Assembly (NCBI GenBank): GCA_036271335.1
Contig: DATBAW010000600.1
Span: 5,635 to 69,634 of the forward strand
Direction: 5' to 3'
Source: Thermoanaerobaculia bacterium
Lineage (GTDB): Bacteria; Acidobacteriota; Thermoanaerobaculia; Multivoradales; UBA5704
Length of the DNA: 64,000 nt
The position numbers were made by a program, and so were the translations under genes. The notes beneath the pieces are model-generated. The model was not told the origin of the DNA. It saw nothing but the letters and a program-made list of their open reading frames with translations, and searched no databases. This document shows, one piece after another, positions 26,332 through 33,478 of the stretch. Positions within the stretch are counted from its first letter, which is position 1; each line of letters starts with the position of its first letter.

Positions 26332-26424
26332 TCACAGCCTGCCCGAATTCACCAGCGCCGCCGCGACGAGCAGCAGGAGGGACGTCAGGGACAGGGCGAC
26401 CATCTTCATGAAATCCCGGGTCAT
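26332..26424 (-). CDS. Possible 30-aa membrane micro-protein upstream of the FG-GAP genes
   Basis: MTRDFMKMVALSLTSLLLLVAAALVNSGRL, preceded by AAGGTGAG 6 nt upstream of the ATG. Not in the ORF track (too short). No homology evidence. Confidence 0.2.
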   Translation of the reverse strand: MTRDFMKMVALSLTSLLLLVAAALVNSGRL

Positions 26425-26713
26425 GGCTTCTCACCTTTCCGACTTCGGATCGGTCTCCTCTCTTCTCCTGTGAGGCGACGGACCGGCGTCTTTCGTTACA
26501 GCGTCTTCGCTGCGAGTCCCGGCTTTCTGACCAACGCCTTCCGATCAACGATCGCGAGGTCGGAAAACCCTCGCCGTATTTCTCTACGCACGGGAATGGC
26601 AAAAGATGCGCCAGCACCCCCTCCCAGGAGAACGCGAGAAAAAGGGTCCGCGATCGTCTCCGGCGGGCGACGGGGGTGTCGGGGAAAGATGACGGCTGGG
26701 GGCGGCGCACTCT

Positions 26714-26793
26714 GTAGGGGCGGCCCTATGTGGCCGCCCTGCTCGGCGAAAGGCACCCCCCCGCCCAGGGCGGCCACATAGGGCCGCCCCTAC
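26714..26793. repeat. REP family B: 28-bp perfect inverted repeat with a 24-nt loop
   Basis: gtaggggcggccctatgtggccgccctg (26714-26741) and its exact reverse complement (26766-26793). Shares the GTAGGGGCG...CGCCCCTAC ends with family A. Confidence 0.9.
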
Positions 26794-26796
26794 GAA

Positions 26797-26829
26797 AAGA
26801 TTGGCTCTTTCTTGTGTCCTTGCAGTCCC
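26797..26829. repeat. Half copy (loop plus right arm) of the AAGGAC-type hairpin element seen at 17313..17423
   Basis: gattggctctttcttgtgtccttgcagtccct compared with gattggctctgtcttgtccttgtggtccttgcagtccct at 17372-17410. It abuts the truncated 3' end of the aldo-keto reductase remnant. Confidence 0.65.
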
Positions 26830-27105
26830 TGCCGAACGGGCTGTAGGCCACCACGGCGATCCCCTGCTCGTCGCAGAAGGGGATCACGGCGTGCTCGATC
26901 GCCCGCTCCTCCAGATGGTAGAGCACCTGGTTGCAGGCGATCTTCCCCGGGCCGGCGAGGCGCAGGGCCGCGGCGAGCTCCTCCTCGTCGAAGTTGCTCA
27001 CCCCCCAGGCGAGGATCTTGCCGGCCGCGCCGGCCCGCGTCCCGAATCCGCTCTTTGCAAGGGGCTCGCCCGCCTCGACGCGCGTTTCGGCTCGACCTCT
27101 GAAGG
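26830..27105 (-). pseudogene. Aldo-keto reductase gene remnant (central ~90 codons only)
   Basis: Reverse-strand frame reads ...ETRVEAGEPLAKSGFGTRAGAAGKILAWGVSNFDEEELAAALRLAGPGKIACNQVLYHLEERAIEHAVIPFCDEQGIAVVAYSPFG, then runs into repeat-derived sequence. This corresponds to the AKR core (GKIRxxGVSNF ... NQVxY ... AYSPLG). The ~120 N-terminal and ~100 C-terminal residues are missing. Confidence 0.55.
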
Positions 27106-27166
27106 GGACATGATTGACTCCACCGGAGGACGGCAGTACTCTTCCCGAAACTCAAAGAGACAAAAC

Positions 27167-27520
27167 ATGTCCCCGGAACCTATTACCAATCATTGTCCCT
27201 ATTGCCAGCGGGCCATGCAGGTTACACGCATGACCTGCCCGTCGTGCGAAGTCTCCGTCGAAGCTGATTTCCCCGCCCCCCGGCTGGCCCGTCTCCCCGT
27301 CGAGCATCAGCGGTTCATCGAGATGTTCGTCCTGGCCAGCGGCAACCTGAAAGCGATCGCCGAGCAGGCGGGAGTCTCTTATCCCACCGTGCGTTCGCGC
27401 CTCGACAAGATCATCGACGCGCTGCGCCAGGTGATCGTGGAGACCAGCGGCGAAGCCGACGAGGTCTTCAGCGAGCGGGAGCGGACCGAAGCCGCCGCCC
27501 GCCTGATCAAGGCCATCTGA
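27167..27520 (+). CDS. DUF2089-type protein (zinc ribbon plus HTH)
   Basis: CPYCQRAMQVTRMTCPSCEVSV zinc ribbon, then FIEMFVLASGNLKAIAEQAGVSYPTVRSRLDKII. ATG at 27167 chosen inside track ORF 26801..27520. Confidence 0.7.
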   Translation: MSPEPITNHCPYCQRAMQVTRMTCPSCEVSVEADFPAPRLARLPVEHQRFIEMFVLASGNLKAIAEQAGVSYPTVRSRLDKIIDALRQVIVETSGEADEVFSERERTEAAARLIKAI

Positions 27521-27799
27521 CGCCTCTCCCGCCACACGTCCTCAGGGGCTCTCGCCGAGCCCCTCGGGACCTTCCTGCCCTTCCCCGCCTGTCGTTTTCC
27601 GCCGCTCCCGGCCTGTTGTCCGGCGCCCATCGGCGTCGCCTAAACATCTGGTCCCAGTCTTGCGTAACAGTCGTGAGAGCCTTCGCTTTTCGATTGCAGG
27701 GACTGGACGAGGAGCGATAAGAAATCCGGGGGAACCTTTGATTCTTTTCTTGCTTAGACGTAGGGCAAGCTACCTATCGGCGAGGCACAGGATTTACGT

Positions 27800-28327
27800 A
27801 TGGAGACCCTGAATCGAAGGAATCCGGCCGCGGTCGATCGCTTTCAGCTGGTGCGGGAGCTCCGTAGCGAGCGGGAGGCGGCGCAGCTCGACCGCTTCCT
27901 GGCCGACACCGACCCGCTCCTGATCGCCTCCAGCTGCGAGGACGAGGTGATGCACCCGGTGATCTCCCTGCAGCAATGGGCGGGTCGCCGGCAGGTCCGT
28001 CCGAAGGTGAAGTTCCTGGTGACCTGCCGCCCGGTCCCGACGCCGCCGCCGGCGGGCCGTTCGGTGCCGCTGTTGCGCGCGGCCATGGAGTGGATCGAGG
28101 CGCGCCTCGCCGACGGCTCGGTGGAGACGACCTATCTGTTCCCGAACCGTGGCGGCATCGCGATCATGGAGGCCGAGTCGCGCGCGGCGCTGATGGAGCT
28201 GCTGGTCGAGTATCCCGCCTACTCCCTCTATACTTGGGAGGTGCAGATCCTGGCGGACTGGCGGACGGGGCTCGAGAACGTCGTGCACTGCTTTGAGATC
28301 CTGCACGGCGGTCCGGCCGAGCCGTGA
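27800..28327 (+). CDS. Hypothetical protein, C-terminal half muconolactone-isomerase-like (alpha+beta barrel)
   Basis: KFLVTCRPV...LLRAAMEWIEARLADGSVETTYLFPNRGGIAIMEAESRAALMELLVEYPAYSLYTWEVQIL resembles the MIase-fold family. Weak, motif-level only. The stop overlaps the next gene's GTG (GTGA). Confidence 0.4.
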   Translation: METLNRRNPAAVDRFQLVRELRSEREAAQLDRFLADTDPLLIASSCEDEVMHPVISLQQWAGRRQVRPKVKFLVTCRPVPTPPPAGRSVPLLRAAMEWIEARLADGSVETTYLFPNRGGIAIMEAESRAALMELLVEYPAYSLYTWEVQILADWRTGLENVVHCFEILHGGPAEP

Positions 28328-29112
28328 CGGCGGTCCAGGCGCTGATCCTCACCGCCGCCGCTTTCGGCGCCGGGGTGATGAACGCGATGGCGGGAGGGGG
28401 AACGATCCTCACGTTCCCATCCCTGATCTTCCTCGGCATCCCCGCCATCGCGGCCAACGCGACCTCGACCGTGGCCCTCCTCCCCGGCGGCGTCGCCAGC
28501 CTCTACGGCTACCGGGCCGAGGTGCGGGAGAACCGGGGGTGGCTGAAGACGCTCTTCCTGCCCAGCCTGGTCGGCGGCACGATCGGCTCCGTCCTCCTGC
28601 TGCGCACGCCGGAGAAGGTGTTTGCCCTCCTCGCTCCCCTGCTGATCCTGTTCGCCACCCTGCTGTTCCTCATCCAGGGCGCGCTCGCTCGCCGCCGTCC
28701 GCCGCGCGAGGTGAGCGATCCGTCCCAGCTGCCGCGCGGGCGCTGGGCTCTCGCCTCGCTCCTGCAACTCGGCGTCGCCCTCTACGGCGGCTATTTCGGC
28801 GCCGGCATCGGCATCCTGATGCTGGCCCTCCTCGGCTTCCTCGGGCTGGCGAACATCCACGCCGCCAACGGGGTGAAGAACTTCTTCAACCTGTGCATCA
28901 ACACGATCGCGGCGGCCTACTTCATCTACAAGGGGGCCGTGGTCTGGCCGGCGGCGCTGGTGATCGTGGTTGGCGCCACCCTCGGCGGCTACGGCGGCGC
29001 CCGCTTCGCCAAGCGGATCGGCAAGGACAAGGCGCGCGCGGCGGTGATCGTCATCGGCCTGGGGGTGACGGCGATCCTGGTCTGGCAGCAGGTGATGAAG
29101 ATGAAGTCCTGA
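28324..29112 (+). CDS. TauE/SafE family sulfite/anion exporter
   Basis: 8 predicted TM helices. N-terminal AFGAGVMNAMAGGGTILTFPSLIFLG and C-terminal LYGGYFGAGIGILMLALL are the duplicated TauE motifs. Confidence 0.85.
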   Translation: MTAVQALILTAAAFGAGVMNAMAGGGTILTFPSLIFLGIPAIAANATSTVALLPGGVASLYGYRAEVRENRGWLKTLFLPSLVGGTIGSVLLLRTPEKVFALLAPLLILFATLLFLIQGALARRRPPREVSDPSQLPRGRWALASLLQLGVALYGGYFGAGIGILMLALLGFLGLANIHAANGVKNFFNLCINTIAAAYFIYKGAVVWPAALVIVVGATLGGYGGARFAKRIGKDKARAAVIVIGLGVTAILVWQQVMKMKS

Positions 29113-29132
29113 GGGCGACCGCAGGTCGCCCC
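29111..29132. terminator. Hairpin (REP family C variant) between the convergent tauE-like and DUF3592 genes
   Basis: gagggcgacc-gca-ggtcgcccc begins at the last two bases of the TGA stop (29110-29112). Confidence 0.5.
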
Positions 29133-29160
29133 TACAACCTCCGGCGAAACGTAGTCGCCC

Positions 29161-30306
29161 TCACCCGCCGCCGTCCACGCGCACCTCGAATTCGTCCTCG
29201 CTGTCCGGCCAGAAGCGGAGCTCGCAGCGGATCCGGAGCGTCCAGACGGCGTCGTCCGGATCGCCCTGGAACGAGCCGGAGAGATCGGCGGGTACGGTGA
29301 AGCTGGCGGTGCCGCCGGCCGCGATCGCGGCCGGATCGCTCGACTCCACCACCGGCAGCGTGAGGAAGACCGGGCCCTGGACCCGGCCGCTCCTCGGGGT
29401 CACGATTGCCGTCCGCCCCTCGAAGTCGATCCGGATCCGCCCCACCCCCTGGCCGCCGCTCCCCAGCCGCCACTGGAGAAGCGCCGGCTTGCCCGGGGTG
29501 AGGACGCCCGGGGTCAGCGTCACGTGCGGGCGCGGGTTGAACAGCGCCAGGAGCTGGCGGACCACGCCGAGGATCATCGCCAGGCCGATCAGAACGAAGG
29601 GGATCATGAACAGGGCCATGCAGCCGTTGGCCTGCCCTTTCTTCCAGGCCGTCGCCAGCTGCCAGACGAAGACCGAGGTCAGCCCGTTCCAGAGACAGGC
29701 CAGGAAGACCACCCCGAGGAACAGCCGGAACGGGGAGGACTCCGCCTTCAGCTCGGCCGACCGGGCGCGGGCCGCGGCCGTCAACGGCGCCACCGGACGA
29801 TTCCCCAGGCGGCCGGGGCGGATCGCCAGCGCCAGCACGCCGAGGCCGGCCGCCAGGAAGACCAGCGGGAACAGACCGAGCAGGTACGCCGGCGAGAAGC
29901 TCCGCGACAGCACGGCCTCGTCCGGGTGGGCGGGATCGAACCAGCAGGGGACCAGCGCCCCCGGCGGGTAGCGGTCGACGATCGCCTGCTTCGCCTCCCT
30001 GCCGCTCGAGGAGCCGGCGATGAAATCGTAACGTTTCGCCTCGTGCGGGAGCCCATTCACCGCGTAGCCGTAGCGGATGTCCACCCGGTAAGTGGCGCCC
30101 CGGCCGGGAGCCAGCGCCACCTGGCTGGAGCGGACGGTGCACCGCGTCTCCGTCCACGACCGGGCGGCGACCAGTTGCCCGGCCGGCTTCACCAGCGTGA
30201 CGTAGGCGCCGGCGCTGCCGACCAGGATGAAGAGGAGAGCGAACAGCACCATGCACCCGTTGGCCGGGTTGGTGGCGGAACGCGGCGAGAGGACGCGGTA
30301 GGCCAT
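29161..30306 (-). CDS. DUF3592-type membrane protein (two-module)
   Basis: TM helix followed by TRCTVRSSQV...YRVDIRYGYAVNGLPHEAKRYDF...YPPGALVPCWFDPAHPDEAVL (the DUF3592 pattern). Further TM helices and a second beta-rich module follow. Confidence 0.65.
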   Translation of the reverse strand: MAYRVLSPRSATNPANGCMVLFALLFILVGSAGAYVTLVKPAGQLVAARSWTETRCTVRSSQVALAPGRGATYRVDIRYGYAVNGLPHEAKRYDFIAGSSSGREAKQAIVDRYPPGALVPCWFDPAHPDEAVLSRSFSPAYLLGLFPLVFLAAGLGVLALAIRPGRLGNRPVAPLTAAARARSAELKAESSPFRLFLGVVFLACLWNGLTSVFVWQLATAWKKGQANGCMALFMIPFVLIGLAMILGVVRQLLALFNPRPHVTLTPGVLTPGKPALLQWRLGSGGQGVGRIRIDFEGRTAIVTPRSGRVQGPVFLTLPVVESSDPAAIAAGGTASFTVPADLSGSFQGDPDDAVWTLRIRCELRFWPDSEDEFEVRVDGGG

Positions 30307-30392
30307 GGCGCGCCAGCCAGTCTATCCCGCCGGCCGACCCGCTGGTTGACCAGGCGGGCCGAGGCCGGGCGCTCTTCTCCACTTTCGAGCCT

Positions 30393-30436
30393 CCTGTCCC
30401 GCTTTCCCGCCGATATGTCACAGTAGCAAGTAGCCC
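30393..30436 (+). promoter_or_regulatory. Conserved upstream motif, copy 1 (core ATGTCACAGTAGCAAGT), ~57 nt before metalloprotease 1
   Basis: cctgtcccgctttcccgccgatATGTCACAGTAGCAAGTag aligns with the reverse complement of 37346-37388 (cttgtcccgtttccaggtgattATGTCACAATAGCAAGTgg). Core identity is 17 of 18. Confidence 0.5.
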
Positions 30437-30492
30437 GTGAAGTCTACGGAGATGGCCTTGAATGTTTTGAATCCCTCAAGGAGGGGAACTCT

Positions 30493-33414
30493 ATGCTTGA
30501 GCTTCGTGTCTGGTTGTCGTTTCGTCTCATCGCGTTGATCGCCGCGGCGCTGCTCGCCGTCCCGGGCCAGGCCCAGGTCCTGAAATCGAGCGGCCGGGAA
30601 GGGCTGGCCGCTCTCGTGTTCAGCCACGCACAACGGCCCGAGGCGTCCGGGATCGAGCCGCTGGACGACGTCCGCGCCGTGACGCCGAAGTCGCTGCAGG
30701 ATGGTTGGGAGGCCTTCAGCCTCGGCGTCGGTGCCGGCGCCGAGTGGCAGGCCTGGATCGACACGCGCTCGCAGAAGGTCGCCTTCGCCGAGGGGGGCAA
30801 CGTGCCCTGGATCCCCGGCCACGGCAATTCGCTGACGATGCAGGACCTCGACGGCTTCCTGAAGGCGAAGCCGGAGGGACGGCGCGACAGGATCGACCTC
30901 GAGGTCCTGGACTCGATCGCGCGCTCGTACCTGCCGCGGGTGTCGGGGATGCTCGGCGTCGACCCCGCCCAGCTCGCGCTCAACCCGGGACGAAGCGGGC
31001 AGGTGGCGAGCTACCTCTGGTTCGTGGACTACGACGTCGTCCGCGAGGGACTGCCGGTCGAGGGGGCGCGGGTGGTCTTCCGCGTCAACAACGGCAACCT
31101 CATCCAGTTCGGTTCCGAGAGTCTTCCCTCGGCGGGAGCGGCCGTGCCGCCGACCCGCCTGACGAAGCGGCAGGCGAAAGCCGCCGTCGCGAGCTACATC
31201 GGCGGCTTCCAGGCCAAGGACACGTTCCGGGACGCCGGCAGCCTGCACCTGGCCCTGGACGCCAAGTCGGGCGGCCTGGTCAAGGCCTGGCAGCTCACGT
31301 TCCAGCGTGCCGGCGAGAGGGGGACCTGGCAGGCCCGGGTCGACGCCACCACCGGCGAGGTGATCGAGCTGATCGACGTCAACGACTACGCGCAGGTCAC
31401 CGGCAGCGTCAATCTGATCAGCGGTCCCCTGGCCTTGCGGCCGCTGCCCTACGCCGACCTCTCCTCCGGGGGCTTCACCAACTCGGCCGGTCTCTACACC
31501 TACCCTTTCACCCCCGTCACCTCGACCCTCCAGGGCAAATACGTCCAGGTCTATTCCTATTGCGACTTAACCGCCCATCCCCGCATCTCGCAGGTCTCGG
31601 CGGCCTCCGGCACCGGCGACATCGACTTCGGGATCTCCACCGGGCTCGCCGATTGCGCCCCGTCGAGCACCGGCGGCGGCGTAGACAACACCCAGGCCGC
31701 CCGCCAGCAGTACTACCAGATCAACCGGATCATGGAGGTGGCCCGGGGGTGGATGCCGACGAACACCTGGCTGAGCCATCCCCTGACCGTCGAAGTCGAC
31801 GAGACTCCAAGCAGCTACACTTCAAGCTACTGTGAGCCCTACTGGAACGGTCAGTGGCTCGAATTCAGCGGCACCGGCTACGGCTGCGTCAACCCTGGCT
31901 GGCTTGCCGACATGGGGTTCCATGAGTTCGGCCACGCCCTCGACGCCAACGACGGCACCACGTATAACGACGGCGGCACCACCGAATCCTACGGGGACAC
32001 CACGGCCCTGATCGCCACCCACAACTCCTGCATCGGCTCCGGTCTGCTCCTCAGCGGCACCTGCACCGGCTACGGCGATGCTTGCACGGCTTGCACGGGA
32101 GCGCGGGACGTCGACTGGAACCAGCACGCCTCGCACACGGCGGCGACGCCGGACAATTTCACCCGCGTCAACTGCCCGATCGTCTACGATGTGGGTCGCT
32201 ATGGCCCCTGCGGCGCGGAGGCCCATTGCGAGTCCTACGTGCCGACCGAGGCGATCTGGGATTTCGCCAGCCGTGACCTGCCGGCTCCCGGCACCAGCCC
32301 GGCCTGGGCGACTCTCGACCGCCTCTGGTACCTCTCCCGCAGCACCGCCACCAAGGCGTTCAATTGCAGCGGCAACACCTCGGCCCTAGCATCGGACGGC
32401 TGCGGCGCCGGCACCCTCTGGAGCGTATTCCGGGCCGCGGACGACGACGACGGCAACCTGAGCAACGGCACGCCGCACGGGGGCGCCATCTTCAACGCCT
32501 TCAACCGCCACAAGATCGCGTGTCCCAGGGAGACGGGCGCCACGACGACGTTCGCCGGCTGCGCGCCGCCGGCCACGCCGGTCCTCGCCGCCGCCGCCGG
32601 CGACAATTCCGTGGCCCTCTCCTGGACCGGCTCGCACAACGCCTACGACGTGTTCCGCAACGAGACCGGCTGCAACACCGGCTTCGCCCGCATCGGCAGC
32701 GGCGGCTTCCTCTCGCTCACCGACGGCGAGGTCGCCGACGGCACCACCTACTACTACCAGGTGACCGCCTATCCGAAAGGCAACGAGGCCTGCGCCTCGG
32801 CGCCCTCCAACTGCGTCGCCGTGACCCCGGCGCCGCCGGCGTGCGTGCCGCCCGCCGCGCCGTCCTCCCTGACGGCGAGCACCCCGGCCACCGGCGGCGT
32901 GGCCCTGAGCTGGCCGGCGGTGGCCGGCGCCTCGCAGTACTTCATCCTCCGCGCCACCGTCTCGGGCGGACCCTACACCCAGATCGACTCGGTCGGCGGC
33001 ACGTCCTATACCGATTTCACGGGTCCCGGCACGCTGGCCTATTACGTGGTCCGCGCGGCCACGAGCCACGCGACGTGCCAGTCCGCCTACTCTCCCCAAG
33101 CCTCGGCGACCCGGGTGCCGGACTTCTCGATCACGATCGGCCCCAACTGGGGAGCCATTCCCTACAACCAGCCCTCGACCAGCTTCACGATCTTCGTCCA
33201 CCGCACGGGGGGGTTCACCGGAGCGGTGAATCTTGCGGTCACCGGCCTCCCCGCGACCGTCTCCGCCACCTTCAGCCAGAACCCGGGACTCATCAATCCC
33301 GTGACGATGACAGTGACGGGCACTGCCTCTTTCGCCGAAACTCTCTTCACGGTGACCGGCACGTCCGGACCGCTCGTCCGTACGGCGACGGCGACCCTGT
33401 ACACCTACCACTAA
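30493..33414 (+). CDS. Secreted zinc metalloprotease (HEXXH) with propeptide-like N-terminus, two fibronectin-III-like domains and an Ig-like tail; tandem paralog 1
   Basis: Signal peptide LIALIAAALLAVPGQAQ. PVEGARVVFRVNNGNLIQFG resembles an FTP/PepSY-type propeptide. Catalytic GFHEFGHALDANDG. Cys-rich CTGYGDACTACTGARD. Fn3-like SWTGSHNAYDVFRNE...DGTTYYYQVTAY and LSWPAVAGASQYFILR...YYVVRA. Confidence 0.75.
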   Translation: MLELRVWLSFRLIALIAAALLAVPGQAQVLKSSGREGLAALVFSHAQRPEASGIEPLDDVRAVTPKSLQDGWEAFSLGVGAGAEWQAWIDTRSQKVAFAEGGNVPWIPGHGNSLTMQDLDGFLKAKPEGRRDRIDLEVLDSIARSYLPRVSGMLGVDPAQLALNPGRSGQVASYLWFVDYDVVREGLPVEGARVVFRVNNGNLIQFGSESLPSAGAAVPPTRLTKRQAKAAVASYIGGFQAKDTFRDAGSLHLALDAKSGGLVKAWQLTFQRAGERGTWQARVDATTGEVIELIDVNDYAQVTGSVNLISGPLALRPLPYADLSSGGFTNSAGLYTYPFTPVTSTLQGKYVQVYSYCDLTAHPRISQVSAASGTGDIDFGISTGLADCAPSSTGGGVDNTQAARQQYYQINRIMEVARGWMPTNTWLSHPLTVEVDETPSSYTSSYCEPYWNGQWLEFSGTGYGCVNPGWLADMGFHEFGHALDANDGTTYNDGGTTESYGDTTALIATHNSCIGSGLLLSGTCTGYGDACTACTGARDVDWNQHASHTAATPDNFTRVNCPIVYDVGRYGPCGAEAHCESYVPTEAIWDFASRDLPAPGTSPAWATLDRLWYLSRSTATKAFNCSGNTSALASDGCGAGTLWSVFRAADDDDGNLSNGTPHGGAIFNAFNRHKIACPRETGATTTFAGCAPPATPVLAAAAGDNSVALSWTGSHNAYDVFRNETGCNTGFARIGSGGFLSLTDGEVADGTTYYYQVTAYPKGNEACASAPSNCVAVTPAPPACVPPAAPSSLTASTPATGGVALSWPAVAGASQYFILRATVSGGPYTQIDSVGGTSYTDFTGPGTLAYYVVRAATSHATCQSAYSPQASATRVPDFSITIGPNWGAIPYNQPSTSFTIFVHRTGGFTGAVNLAVTGLPATVSATFSQNPGLINPVTMTVTGTASFAETLFTVTGTSGPLVRTATATLYTYH

Positions 33415-33424
33415 GGCCCTGACG

Positions 33425-33460
33425 ATACGGCGGCGCCCCGCAAGGGCGCCGTATTTTTTT
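33425..33460 (+). terminator. Rho-independent terminator after metalloprotease 1
   Basis: atacggcggcgccc-cgcaa-gggcgccgtat followed by a T7 run (33454-33460). Confidence 0.8.
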
Positions 33461-33478
33461 AGCCCCTCAAGGAGGGCC

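Noticed and set aside
27521-27799. A 280-bp, partly AT-richer ORF-free spacer considered as a known structured RNA (RNase P, SRP, tmRNA, 6S)
   Set aside because: I found none of the conserved core sequences of those RNAs by eye. Only a GC hairpin (ggggctc-tcgcc-gagcccc) after the DUF2089 gene was seen. Left unassigned.
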